This document shows, one piece after another, positions 49,226-58,759 of a stretch of 64,000 bases of DNA (its first letter is position 1; each line of letters opens with the position of its first letter). The notes beneath the pieces are model-generated. The model was not told the DNA's origin, did not search any database, and saw nothing but the letters and a program-made list of their open reading frames with translations. The position numbers and the translations under genes were made by a program. Source of the DNA: an uncultured delta proteobacterium (GTDB taxonomy: Bacteria; Desulfobacterota; Binatia; Binatales; Binataceae); the NCBI GenBank assembly GCA_963794325.1, contig CAWCDG010000004.1, positions 256,001 to 320,000 on the forward strand. Direction: 5' to 3'.

Positions 49226-49334
49226 CCCCTTCCCACTATGGGAAGGGGTCAGGGGTTAGGTTGCGCGCATCCTGACCACGCTCGCCCTCAAACTCTGGTC
49301 CCCCTTCCCGCTCGGGAAGGGGTTAGGGGTTAGG
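49226..49334. repeat. two tandem REP-like palindromes, CCCCTTCCC-N-GGGAAGGGGT(C/T)AGGGGTTAGG
   Basis: Copies at 49226-49260 and 49294-49334 between convergent genes. Confidence 0.8.
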
Positions 49335-49337
49335 TTC

Positions 49338-50141
49338 TCAGGACTTCATCGCGCTCTTCGGCGCCACCTTCATCAGCGCCGCATGCAGCACAGTATTATC
49401 CGCAATCAACCCCTCGAGCTTCACGTCGCGCTGATTGAACCTCAGCGCCCGCCCCTTGATATCAGTGATCGTCCCCCCAGCTTCAACCACCAGCGCCGCG
49501 CCCGACGCGATATCCCACTCACTCTTCGGCGATCGCGTGAACGTCGCATCCGCCTTCCCTGCCGCAACCATCGCCAGCTTGTACGCGACGCTGCCGGTCG
49601 GGCTCACTATCAGCATCCCGTGAAACACCTGCCATTCGCCGCGCGCCGTTTCGCTGCGACTGGCTAGCACCGTCGCCCGCTTGAGCGTCCGCACACGCGT
49701 GACGCGCACCCGTCGCGTATTCAGATGACATCCAACCCCGCGCGCCGACCAATACATCTCACGCTTGATCGGATTGTAGGTGACGCCAAGAATCGGCACC
49801 CCATCTTCGATCAGCGCAATCGCGACCGAGAACTCCGGAATCCCGTTGATGAACTCCTTGGTCCCATCGAGCGGATCGACAATCCACACCCGCCGGCACT
49901 TCAGCCGATCGTCATTATCGACGGTCTCCTCCGAAAGCCATCCATAAGCGGGAAACGGATCGCGCAGCGTTTTCTTGATCGCGTTGTCCGCCTCGAGATC
50001 CGCCTGCGTGACCGGATTATCATGCCCCTTCGATCCAACCTTGAGTCCCTCGCGCTTGTAGTAACCGCGAAGGATCTCACCGGCCTCGCGCGCCGCTTTC
50101 TTCGCGAGCTTCAACTCGCGCGTCAAATCATTTTCTTCCAT
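49338..50141 (-). CDS. cysQ: 3'(2'),5'-bisphosphate nucleotidase (inositol monophosphatase family)
   Basis: PVTQAD, LSEE, WIVDPLDGTKEF, EWDIASG. Confidence 0.8.
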   Translation of the reverse strand: MEENDLTRELKLAKKAAREAGEILRGYYKREGLKVGSKGHDNPVTQADLEADNAIKKTLRDPFPAYGWLSEETVDNDDRLKCRRVWIVDPLDGTKEFINGIPEFSVAIALIEDGVPILGVTYNPIKREMYWSARGVGCHLNTRRVRVTRVRTLKRATVLASRSETARGEWQVFHGMLIVSPTGSVAYKLAMVAAGKADATFTRSPKSEWDIASGAALVVEAGGTITDIKGRALRFNQRDVKLEGLIADNTVLHAALMKVAPKSAMKS

Positions 50142-50319
50142 CGTCCCTCTCAGCCGCGAAAATCCTATCTGCCCCTCGACCTCGATTCCATCACAGACGC
50201 GATCATGAACCTAAGACGACAAACTCTCTGACGATGGATGGTTTGAAGTTTCCGCGGGCATCAACCTAAGATGGCCTCGGGGACCGAGGGACAAAATTCG
50301 ACGGCTTGGGGATCATCGA

Positions 50320-51138
50320 ATGGCGGTAATCGCGATTAGTCAGCAGATTGGCAGCAGGGGTATCGAGCTCGGTGAGCTCACCGCGCGTGAGCTGGGCTAT
50401 CGCTTCCAGACCGGCGAGCAGTTGATCGCCGAAACCGCCAGACGCTTCAACGTGAGCGCCGAACAGATGAAATGGTTCGACGTACACAACCCGCATTTCT
50501 GGGAGCGCAAGACCGACACCGCCCGGTTCGCCGCGTACTACCGCGCCGTCTTTCTGCTGGAGGCCGCGCAGGACCGGATCGTTGTCGCGGGCCGCGGCTC
50601 GTCGCATTTTCTTCCCGAAGGTGGATGCGGCATCAGGGTGCGCACGATGGCTCCGATAGCCGACCGCATCAGACACGTGGCGAAAGAGGAGAAGCTTGCG
50701 CCGGCAGCGGCCGACAAGCGCGTTCGCGACTTCGACATTGAAGTTAAGGCGCGCATCCAGACGCTCTTCGGCCAGGACATCGAAGACCCGGCGATTTACG
50801 ACCTCGTGATCAACACTTCGCGCCTTCCGCTGGCGACGCAGGCGAACACACTGGCGGCGCTCGCGACTCATATCGACAGCGAAGGCGGCACCGAACGCAA
50901 GAAATGCATGAGCGACGCCGCGATCGCGGCGCAGGTTCATGCAGCGCTGGTGGCGCATCCGAAAATCGGCGACACCCAGATGTCGGTGAATTGCTCGGCG
51001 GGTCGCGTGCGCATCAGCGGTGTCGGGCTGGTGCCGCCGTGGGACGGTCTGGTGATCGATGTCGCGCAAAAGGTCGAAGGCGTCGCATCGGTCGAGGTCG
51101 GCGCCGAAGATGATCCCGTGACGTTGACCACAAGCTGA
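50320..51138 (+). CDS. cytidylate-kinase-like family protein with C-terminal BON domain
   Basis: VIAISQQIGSRG, VVAGRG, YDLVINTS; BON-like tail GRVRISG..VEGVASV. Confidence 0.8.
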   Translation: MAVIAISQQIGSRGIELGELTARELGYRFQTGEQLIAETARRFNVSAEQMKWFDVHNPHFWERKTDTARFAAYYRAVFLLEAAQDRIVVAGRGSSHFLPEGGCGIRVRTMAPIADRIRHVAKEEKLAPAAADKRVRDFDIEVKARIQTLFGQDIEDPAIYDLVINTSRLPLATQANTLAALATHIDSEGGTERKKCMSDAAIAAQVHAALVAHPKIGDTQMSVNCSAGRVRISGVGLVPPWDGLVIDVAQKVEGVASVEVGAEDDPVTLTTS

Positions 51139-51145
51139 TCGCAGA

Positions 51146-51607
51146 ATGCGGGCACTCATCCTCTTCTTCGCCACCGGAGTTTATTCCGGCTACGCTCCGA
51201 TCGCGCCGGGCACCGCCGGGTCGGTGGTCGGGCTCGTCGTCGTGTGGCTGGTCTTCGGCCCGCTCTGGATGTATTCGCCGGCGCTGTGCCTGTTGGTGTT
51301 CGCCATCGCGTTTGCGATCGCGTGCTGGATATCCGATCGCGCGGAGAAAATTTTCGACAATCACGACGACTCGCGCATCGTGCTCGACGAAGTGCTCGGC
51401 ATGGCCGCGACGATGTTCGGCAACCCGCTGACGTTTCCGTGGATGATGGCTGGATTCCTGCTCTTTCGGATCGCCGACGTAATCAAGCCGTGGCCCGCGA
51501 GCTGGATCGATCGCCGGATGCGCAGCGGCGCGGGCGTGATGCTGGATGATTTGGCGGCGGCGATTTATGCCAATATTGTGCTGCACGTGATCGTGCGCTT
51601 GATCTGA
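51146..51607 (+). CDS. pgpA: phosphatidylglycerophosphatase A
   Basis: APGTAGS, DDSRIVLDEVLG, FRIADVIKPWP, GVMLDD. Confidence 0.95.
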   Translation: MRALILFFATGVYSGYAPIAPGTAGSVVGLVVVWLVFGPLWMYSPALCLLVFAIAFAIACWISDRAEKIFDNHDDSRIVLDEVLGMAATMFGNPLTFPWMMAGFLLFRIADVIKPWPASWIDRRMRSGAGVMLDDLAAAIYANIVLHVIVRLI

Positions 51608-51618
51608 GGATGTTCCCG

Positions 51619-52902
51619 ATGATTCAGAACGCTGTGATTCTCTCCACCGGCGACGAAATCACCACCGGCAAGGTCGTCGATACCAACGCCAACTACCTCT
51701 CCGACAAGCTCGCGGAAATTGGAATCGATCTGGTCGCCGTGATCACGGTTGGCGACGTTCCCGATCGCCTGGAGTGGGCATGGCGCACCGCGATCGAAAA
51801 GGGCGACGTCGTGATTTCGACCGGCGGCATCGGCCCGACCGCCGACGACCTCACCACCGAAACCATCGCGCGCGTCGCTGGCGTGAAGTTGCGGCGCGAC
51901 GAGGCCGCCGTCGATCACATGAAGCGATTGTTCGCGTCGATCAGCCGCCCGATGCCCGAGAATAATCTCAAGCAGGCGGACTTTCCCGACGGCGCGACCG
52001 TCATTCAGAACCCGCTCGGCACCGCCCCCGGCTTCAGGATGCCGGTGACGATCCGCGGCCACACCGCACATCTGATCGTGTTGCCGGGCGTGCCGCGCGA
52101 GATGAAACCGATGATGGAAAACACGGTGATACCGTGGATCGCGGCGAATCGCGGCACCGACCAGGTTTACGCGGTGAAGATTTTCCAGACTTTCGGGATG
52201 AGCGAGTCGGCACTCGACGAAGCCGTCGCGGGATTGATCAAGCCGGACGAAGCGAAGGTCTCTTTCCGCGCGAGCTTCCCGCAAATTTCGCTGAAGATCA
52301 GAGTCGAGGGGCAACCCGGTGAAGTCGATCGCAAGCTCGACGAACTGTCGCGTCGCGTCCGCGAGAAAATCTCGCAATTCGTTTACGCCGAAGGCGACAC
52401 CTCGATGGAAGAAGTCGTCGGCCAGTTGCTGCTCGGCAAGAAACTCACGCTGGCAGTGGCCGAGTCATGCACCGGCGGACTGATCGGACATCGCATCACC
52501 AACGTTCCCGGCTGCTCGCAATATTTCGTCGGCGACCTCGTCACCTACTCCAACGACGTCAAGGCGGGGGTGCTCGGCGTTTCGGAAGAGACGCTGAAAG
52601 CGCACGGCGCGGTCAGCGAGGAATGCGTCCGCGAGATGGCGACCGGCGTCCGCCAACGCACGGGCGCGAGCCTGTCGGTCGCGACCTCGGGCATCGCGGG
52701 GCCTGACGGCGGCACTCCCGACAAGCCGGTCGGCACGGTCTGTATCGCGCTGTCGGCGGACGATCAGAGTTTCACGCGCCGCTACCAGTTCCGCGGCACT
52801 CGCGACTGGATCAAGCTGATCACGTCGCAGGTTGCGCTCGACTGGATCCGGCGTTACGCGCTGGGTCTGCCGCTCGCGGACTCGACGCTGTTCCGCCGCT
52901 GA
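51619..52902 (+). CDS. cinA: competence/damage-inducible protein A (MoCF-like plus PncC/NMN deamidase)
   Basis: GDEITTG..DTNA, GGIGPTADDLT, LPGVPREM, AESCTGG, SGIAGPDGG. Confidence 0.95.
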   Translation: MIQNAVILSTGDEITTGKVVDTNANYLSDKLAEIGIDLVAVITVGDVPDRLEWAWRTAIEKGDVVISTGGIGPTADDLTTETIARVAGVKLRRDEAAVDHMKRLFASISRPMPENNLKQADFPDGATVIQNPLGTAPGFRMPVTIRGHTAHLIVLPGVPREMKPMMENTVIPWIAANRGTDQVYAVKIFQTFGMSESALDEAVAGLIKPDEAKVSFRASFPQISLKIRVEGQPGEVDRKLDELSRRVREKISQFVYAEGDTSMEEVVGQLLLGKKLTLAVAESCTGGLIGHRITNVPGCSQYFVGDLVTYSNDVKAGVLGVSEETLKAHGAVSEECVREMATGVRQRTGASLSVATSGIAGPDGGTPDKPVGTVCIALSADDQSFTRRYQFRGTRDWIKLITSQVALDWIRRYALGLPLADSTLFRR

Positions 52903-52905
52903 TGC

Positions 52906-53286
52906 TCATCGGACGCGCGCGTAGTTGATCAGATCGCTGCCAGTCCCGGCGAGCGCGAGCTTCCCGTTCGCCGCGGCGCACTGGACCGCGTTGGCCGACG
53001 ACGCGTCGCTGCATAGCACGACGTTGGTGTCGCCGGTGAAGCATGTATCGTTGACGGTCGCGTTGCCTTGAGAGAGTTGCACGTGACCGGCGCAAAGATT
53101 GGCCGTCTCCTTCACATCGACCGAGCCAAATACGCTGTTTGCCCATACGCCGTGCACGTCACTCATGCCGGAAGAGGCGGGACCGCCATGCGGAGGTGGA
53201 GGCCCAGGATGCGGCCCACGACCGCATCCAGAGCCAAGCAGAGCGATCACCGAGAATACGCCAACGATGGTGGATGATGCTCTCAT
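52906..53286 (-). CDS. putative lipoprotein with Pro-rich linker and Cys-containing domain
   Basis: Lipobox LLGSGC; directly downstream of the pspA-like gene. Confidence 0.7.
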   Translation of the reverse strand: MRASSTIVGVFSVIALLGSGCGRGPHPGPPPPHGGPASSGMSDVHGVWANSVFGSVDVKETANLCAGHVQLSQGNATVNDTCFTGDTNVVLCSDASSANAVQCAAANGKLALAGTGSDLINYARVR

Positions 53287-53293
53287 GTTCAAC

Positions 53294-54040
53294 TCAGTTC
53301 GCGTGCTTGACGTCGCCGTTGGCGGCGGCTTTGGCGGCCTCAGTGAAGATATCCATCGGGGCCAGCGGCGGGCGGCGCTTGCGCTTCAAATCCGCGAGCT
53401 CGGCCTGGGCCTTGGCTTCGGCGTTGCGCACCCGGATTGCCTCGAGCTTGTCACCGAGCTCGGAACCCGCGAGTTCGTGATTGACTCCCGCCTGCGCAAG
53501 CATCCGCTGAATCGACTCGCGCACTTCTTCGAGCGCGCGGACGTCGTCGTCGTACGAGATCTCTTCGAGCGCGCGTTGGATCCGCACGCGAGCCTGCGCG
53601 TTCCTCATCCGGGCGATCATCCGAATCTTTTCGACTTTGAGCTTTTCGATTTCGCCCTTGAACGAGATCAAGTTCTTCTTCGCGTCCTCGGCTTCGGTCG
53701 TCAGCTCTCCAAGCTCTTCGCGGAGTCGAGTGCAATCGCCGTCGAGGATGTGCTTGCGCTGAATCAGAATCAGCGCGCATTGATCCTCGTTCATGTCGGC
53801 CGCCTGCCCCGCTTCCTCGTCGACTTCTTTCATCTCGGCCAGCTTCTCGCGCAGCTCGCGCTCGAGCTTGTTGCGCATATAGATGACGCCGGCCGCCGCG
53901 GTCTTGAGCTGATGATAGCGATGCACGCGGTCCGAGATTGCGGACTCGTACACCGCTTCTGGATCGCGCGCCTCGCGCGCTTTAATCCAGCGGCTGAACT
54001 TGCCTCCGATCAATTTGAAAAATCTTGATAACACTTTCAT
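53294..54040 (-). CDS. pspA: PspA/IM30 (ESCRT-III-like) protein
   Basis: Amphipathic N-helix, RDPEAVYESAI, long coiled coils, ELADLK near the C-terminus. Confidence 0.78.
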   Translation of the reverse strand: MKVLSRFFKLIGGKFSRWIKAREARDPEAVYESAISDRVHRYHQLKTAAAGVIYMRNKLERELREKLAEMKEVDEEAGQAADMNEDQCALILIQRKHILDGDCTRLREELGELTTEAEDAKKNLISFKGEIEKLKVEKIRMIARMRNAQARVRIQRALEEISYDDDVRALEEVRESIQRMLAQAGVNHELAGSELGDKLEAIRVRNAEAKAQAELADLKRKRRPPLAPMDIFTEAAKAAANGDVKHAN

Positions 54041-54095
54041 TCTCCTTTTCAGCCGCGAGCGCTCTTCGCTTGCGCAGCCGACTGTTGCTGAATTT

Positions 54096-54578
54096 TCAGA
54101 TCCAACGCCTGACGCGATCCTTGTAAGCGGCGTAGTCCTGCCCGAAGAGCCGCTCCATCGTTTCTTCCTCGCGCGGAATGACCAACCGATCGATCACCGC
54201 AAAGAACACCGCCGGCGCCAGCAGCATCGCAATCGATTCGAAGAAGATTGCCAGTCCCAGCAACACCGTCACGAGGCCGAAGTACATCGGGTTGCGCGTC
54301 CAGGTGAACGGCGGCTGCACGACGAATGCGGTCGGCTCGCCCCAGGGCTTTCTGGTGGTGTCTCGCGCCTGGAAAATCGCGGCGGCGAAACTCGACAATC
54401 CCGCGCCGACCGCGACTGCGATCAGGCCGATCACCTGGTACCATCCGACGGATCGCCCCTCCGGCAGCATGAAATGAAGCGCGAGCGTGACCAGCACGAG
54501 CGCACCCGCCAGCAACGGCGGATGAATCTTCACGGTCGTAAGCGTGGCGCTCGGGGCTTGAGGTTCGGTGGAGTTCAT
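54096..54578 (-). CDS. isoprenylcysteine carboxylmethyltransferase (Ste14/PEMT) family membrane protein
   Basis: TRNPMYFG, IPREEETMERLFGQDYAAYKDRVRRWI. Confidence 0.9.
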   Translation of the reverse strand: MNSTEPQAPSATLTTVKIHPPLLAGALVLVTLALHFMLPEGRSVGWYQVIGLIAVAVGAGLSSFAAAIFQARDTTRKPWGEPTAFVVQPPFTWTRNPMYFGLVTVLLGLAIFFESIAMLLAPAVFFAVIDRLVIPREEETMERLFGQDYAAYKDRVRRWI

Positions 54579-54605
54579 TGCTTATTTGTCTCCGCATGCG
54601 CGAGA

Positions 54606-56060
54606 TCAGTTCGCGTCACTCTTGGGCGCAAGCCCGATATTCTCGATGGTGATTCCAAGCTCGCGCATCTTCTGCTGAAAGCTTTGTCGATACATTCCGG
54701 TGCGTTCCGCGGCCCGCGAGATATTTCCGCCAGTCGCGCGCAGCGCGCGCACGAAGAAGTCCCTCTCCCAATCGCCGACGAACTTCTCCTTCGCCTCGCG
54801 AAAAGTCATCGCCGATTCGCCGTTCTCGCTGGCCGCCGGCGCATGATTCGAAGCGTTCGATGCAGGCGCGTTCGCATGATCACCCTCGGGCTCCGATCCG
54901 GCGAAAAGATCTTCCGGCGTAATCTCGCTACCGGACGACAAAATCACTGCCTGCTCGATTGCCGCCTTGAGCGAACGTGCGTTGCCTTTCCACGGCGCCT
55001 CGACGCACGCGCGCATCGCCTCGGGCGTGAGCTGCTTTTCCGGCGCGGAGAAACGATTGCGTGCGTCCGCGATAAAATGTTGGACCATCAGAGGAACGTC
55101 TTCGCGACGCTCGCGTACCGGAGGCACGCGAATCTCGACGACCTTCAGCCGGTAGTACAGATCCTCGCGGAACTTGCCCTGCTCGATCATCGCTTCGAGG
55201 TCCTGGTTGGTCGCCGCGATAATCCGCACGTCCACGCTCAGCGGCTGATTCCCGCCGATACGCTCGAACACCTGCTCTTGCAGGACGCGCAGCAACTTGG
55301 CCTGCGTCTCGAGCGCCATGTCGCCGATCTCGTCGAGGAACAACGTGCCGCCATTTGCGGCTTCGAACTTTCCTTCGCGGCGCGCGACGGCCCCGGTGAA
55401 CGCGCCCTTCTCGTGGCCGAACAGCTCGCTCTCGACCAACTCGCGCGAGAACGCCGCGCAATTCACCGCGATGAACGGCTTGCGCGCGCGCGGACTTCTA
55501 AAATGTATCGCGCGTGCGACCAGCTCTTTGCCGGTGCCCGATTCGCCGCGAATCAGAACAGTAACGTCAGTCGGCGCGACCTTGTCGATCGTCTCGAACA
55601 CGCGCATCATCGCGCGCGATCGCCCGACCATGTTTTCAAAAACTCCGGTCTCGAGGCGCACCTGCTCGAGTAGCTGGTTGTGCTCGCGCTTGAGCAGTTG
55701 CGTCTCCATCACCTTGCGCACTTTCATGCGCAGTTCGTCGTTGTCGAACGGCTTGGGCAGGTAATCCTCCGCGCCCGCCTTCATCGCTTCGACTGCGATT
55801 CGCTGCGTGCCGAACGCGGTGATCATCAGCACTGCACACGCGGGGTCGATTTCGCGAACGTGCTTCAACAATTCGAGCCCGCTCATTCCTTTCATGCTGA
55901 GGTCCGTGATGATCACGTGGAACAGCCCCGCCTTGACCTTCTCGAGCGCTTCCTCGCCCGACTCCGCGGTCTCGACTTCGTAGCCCTCTTTGGTGAAGAG
56001 CCCTTTGAGCGCGATGACGATTCCGCGCTCGTCGTCAACTACCAGCAATCGGCCTTTCAA
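54606..56060 (-). CDS. sigma54-dependent response regulator (NtrC family)
   Basis: Receiver domain (VVDD, ITDL, KP), [14 protein letters not shown], Fis-type HTH. Confidence 0.95.
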   Translation of the reverse strand: MKGRLLVVDDERGIVIALKGLFTKEGYEVETAESGEEALEKVKAGLFHVIITDLSMKGMSGLELLKHVREIDPACAVLMITAFGTQRIAVEAMKAGAEDYLPKPFDNDELRMKVRKVMETQLLKREHNQLLEQVRLETGVFENMVGRSRAMMRVFETIDKVAPTDVTVLIRGESGTGKELVARAIHFRSPRARKPFIAVNCAAFSRELVESELFGHEKGAFTGAVARREGKFEAANGGTLFLDEIGDMALETQAKLLRVLQEQVFERIGGNQPLSVDVRIIAATNQDLEAMIEQGKFREDLYYRLKVVEIRVPPVRERREDVPLMVQHFIADARNRFSAPEKQLTPEAMRACVEAPWKGNARSLKAAIEQAVILSSGSEITPEDLFAGSEPEGDHANAPASNASNHAPAASENGESAMTFREAKEKFVGDWERDFFVRALRATGGNISRAAERTGMYRQSFQQKMRELGITIENIGLAPKSDAN

Positions 56061-57583
56061 TTTCGTAGCCTCGAGGTTTGCGCGGACGGCCCGCCCGCTG
56101 CCATTGGCACGATCGGCGCCGTAGTCGCGCCGCCACCATTATTTTGCGGGTTGTTTTGATGGAGAGGTTCGGTCGCATCTGCTGCGATATCCGACGATTC
56201 GGCCGACGACTGGACTACGTCGTCGTTGTCGCGCACAGAGTCGCTCAGCGGAATCGCGAGCACGAACTCGGTGCCCTGCCCGACCTTGCTGTGCACCTCG
56301 ATGGTTCCGCGATGCGAGTCGATCACTTTTTTCGCGACGCCCAGCCCGAGCCCGGTACCGTTGGTCTTCGACGTGTAGAACGGATTGAAAATCTTCGCGA
56401 TCTTGTCGTCGGCGATTCCGCATCCGTTGTCGCGAATCCTGACCGCCGCCATCCCCGCGCCGTTGTTCTGAATCGCGAACTCGAGCCGGCGCTCGCCGGT
56501 CGTCGATTCCATCGCGTCGATCGCGTTGTCGATGATGTTGGAAAAAACCTGGCGCAGCTTGTCGGCGTCGGCGCGCACCGTCGGACCGCTCAGATAGGCG
56601 CGCGACACGGCGACCGAGTTCGCCTCGAGCTTGCTGCGCATCTGGGTGAGCGCGCCGTCGAGCACCCACGCGAGATTCACGTTTTCGAATTTGTAGTCTT
56701 CTTCCTTCGCGTATTTCAGCAGATGCGACACGCTGCGCTCGACGCGAGCGAGCTCGTCGAGCGCGACCTTGGCGTACTCGACGTTCTCGTGCGAGGTGGG
56801 ATCCTCGCCCATCTGCTGCACCAGGCTTTTCGCCGCCGCGATCGGATTTCGGATTTCGTGAGCGAAGGTCGCCGTCAGCTCGTCCAGCGACGCCTGCTTC
56901 TCGGTCCGCAACTGTTCCTTCTCCTGCAAAACTTCGCGCTGAACTTCGCGTGCGACTGCGGGCTCGAAGACGCGATCATGAACCCATCGCCAGCCGTACA
57001 CGGCCGAGAAGTGGCTTGCGACTCCGAATCCCCAGCCGAGCGCCGCCCACACCCACCACTGATATCCGAACGGGGTTGTAACCAGATTGATGATAAACAG
57101 GAAGCCGATGATGATGCCGTACCACATCAGATGCACGAAGAAGCCGGCCTCGGCCTGAGCGCGTCTGCGCGCGCGCTCGTAGGTCTGGCGGTCGGCGTCG
57201 TTCTTGAATTGTGGTGGCGGCGGCGCAAACCCGTCGGGATCGGCGCTCACGCCGCTGTACTTCTGCGTCTGTTTGTCGAAGCGCTGCTTCATCTTGCGCT
57301 CGAATCGCTCCGCCTTCGCTTCGAACTTGCGCGCCATCTTCGAATCGAGATCACGCTTTATCTTGCTGTGAAGATCGCTGGCGAAGCGCTCCGCCGACGC
57401 CGTCGTGGATGCCTTCGCATGCTCGGTCCACTTCGACCAATCGCGCGACCATTTCGAGCAGTTGCCGTATTGCGACCAGTCGTGCTTCGACCAGTCGCCG
57501 TACTTCATCCAGCGCAGGCGCTTACGCTTTCGATGTTGGACGACCGCGTAAATGATTAGTGCTATTAAAAATAAGCCGAACAT
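56057..57583 (-). CDS. sensor histidine kinase with 2TM domain
   Basis: 2TM-like [27 protein letters not shown]; H-box AHEIRNP; N, G1, F and G2 boxes present. Confidence 0.92.
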   Translation of the reverse strand: MFGLFLIALIIYAVVQHRKRKRLRWMKYGDWSKHDWSQYGNCSKWSRDWSKWTEHAKASTTASAERFASDLHSKIKRDLDSKMARKFEAKAERFERKMKQRFDKQTQKYSGVSADPDGFAPPPPQFKNDADRQTYERARRRAQAEAGFFVHLMWYGIIIGFLFIINLVTTPFGYQWWVWAALGWGFGVASHFSAVYGWRWVHDRVFEPAVAREVQREVLQEKEQLRTEKQASLDELTATFAHEIRNPIAAAKSLVQQMGEDPTSHENVEYAKVALDELARVERSVSHLLKYAKEEDYKFENVNLAWVLDGALTQMRSKLEANSVAVSRAYLSGPTVRADADKLRQVFSNIIDNAIDAMESTTGERRLEFAIQNNGAGMAAVRIRDNGCGIADDKIAKIFNPFYTSKTNGTGLGLGVAKKVIDSHRGTIEVHSKVGQGTEFVLAIPLSDSVRDNDDVVQSSAESSDIAADATEPLHQNNPQNNGGGATTAPIVPMAAGGPSAQTSRLRN

Positions 57584-57684
57584 CCTGCCTCACCTGGGGC
57601 CGGAAATGCCGGTCCGTGTAATTGACCTATCGAGTCGCCAGAACTAAAACAATCACCGTTCAATTTGGGGTCCTGACCTCTAAG

Positions 57685-57700
57685 TGCAAAGGGGGTGCCG
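57685..57700 (-). promoter_or_regulatory. sigma54 -24/-12 promoter of the HK-RR-pspA operon
   Basis: Minus strand CGGCACCCCCTTTGCA (GG-N10-GC), about 100 bp upstream of ATG 57583. Confidence 0.75.
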
Positions 57701-57772
57701 ACACGCGACTGGACGAAAAGCCGAGCATTCGCGCGGATTTCAATAATCGCCCACGCCCGCACGCCGCCGTAG

Positions 57773-57804
57773 TGCAGTCGCCGCATTGCAGTGCCCGCAC
57801 TGCA
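57773..57804. promoter_or_regulatory. candidate enhancer (UAS), two overlapping palindromes
   Basis: TGCAGTGC-CC-GCACTGCA (perfect, 57787-57804) and TGCAGTCG-CC-GCATTGCA (57773-57790). Confidence 0.55.
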
Positions 57805-57865
57805 TCGAGGCTCGGCCCTCGCGCTTCCTTGACTTCGACAGCGAACGGAATATTTTCATTTCCCG

Positions 57866-58675
57866 ATGACGCAGTACTGGCCATTTTCGGGGCTGATGCG
57901 ACAGAACGCGCTACGCGAACGGCTGATCGTGTCGCTCGACCTGCGCGACCGCGCCGACGCGCTCAAGCTGGTGGATCGCCTCGCACGCGTGGTCGGGATG
58001 TTCAAAGTCGGGCGCGCGCTGTTCGTCGGCGGCGGGCCTGATTTCATTCGCGAGATTCGCCGGCGCGGCGCCGAAGTTTTTCTCGACCTCAAGTTCCACG
58101 ACACTCCGCAAAAGGTGCTGCGCGCGGCAATCGAGGCGACCCGGCTCGGCGTCAAGATGTTCGATATTCATCCGTACGGCTCGAACTGCGGCTCAACCGA
58201 GATGATGACGCGGACGCGGGCCGAAGTCGCGCGCATTTGCAGGACCGAAGGTCTGCGGCGGCCGAGTATCCTGGCGATCGCGATGCTGGCCGACACGAAG
58301 TCCCCGAACTCCGGCGCCCACACTCACGGATCGCCCGATCGGGTCACCGAGATCGCGCGCTTTGCCGCCGACGCGTCGCTCGACGGCGTCGTCACGTGGC
58401 CGCACGAAGTTACACACGTGCGCAATACCTGCGGGCGCCGATTCATTATCGTCACCTCGGGCGTGCGGCTGAATGAAGTGGCCAGTCCCGCCTCGAACGG
58501 GATCACGGCGGCCGAAGCGATCCGCGCGGGCGCCGACTACGTCGTGGTCGGCGGTCCGATCTGGCGCGCGGCCGAGCCGCTTCGCGCGGTGCGCGAGATT
58601 ACAGACGACATCGAGCGTGGATTGCGCAACAGCCCGCGGCGCACGTTTGAAATTCTCAACCCCCGTCCCGTGTAG
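57866..58675 (+). CDS. divergent OMP decarboxylase (PyrF)-like protein
   Basis: LIVSLD, FKVG, FLDLKFHD retained; substrate and phosphate-binding motifs altered. Confidence 0.75.
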   Translation: MTQYWPFSGLMRQNALRERLIVSLDLRDRADALKLVDRLARVVGMFKVGRALFVGGGPDFIREIRRRGAEVFLDLKFHDTPQKVLRAAIEATRLGVKMFDIHPYGSNCGSTEMMTRTRAEVARICRTEGLRRPSILAIAMLADTKSPNSGAHTHGSPDRVTEIARFAADASLDGVVTWPHEVTHVRNTCGRRFIIVTSGVRLNEVASPASNGITAAEAIRAGADYVVVGGPIWRAAEPLRAVREITDDIERGLRNSPRRTFEILNPRPV

Positions 58676-58759
58676 TCGGTCTTCGATCTATCGCGCGTCT
58701 GTCTTTCTTATTCGAAGCAAACTACGATTGCGCGAAATGCATGAGACCGGAGCCTGTTC

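Noticed and set aside
49241-49334. TTAGGG telomere-like sequence
   Set aside because: Only one or two units occur, as tails of REP-like palindromes; this is not a tandem array.
50200-50275. Two AACCTAAGA direct repeats in the cysQ divergent intergenic region
   Set aside because: Short and only two copies, so not distinguishable from chance without comparative data.
54000-57559. Long antisense ORFs (e.g. 54000-55673 +, 56078-57559 +; similarly 8245-9585, 37140-38546, 1296-2738)
   Set aside because: These are shadow ORFs expected from high-GC codon bias, lying opposite or out of frame with well-supported genes and showing no motifs.
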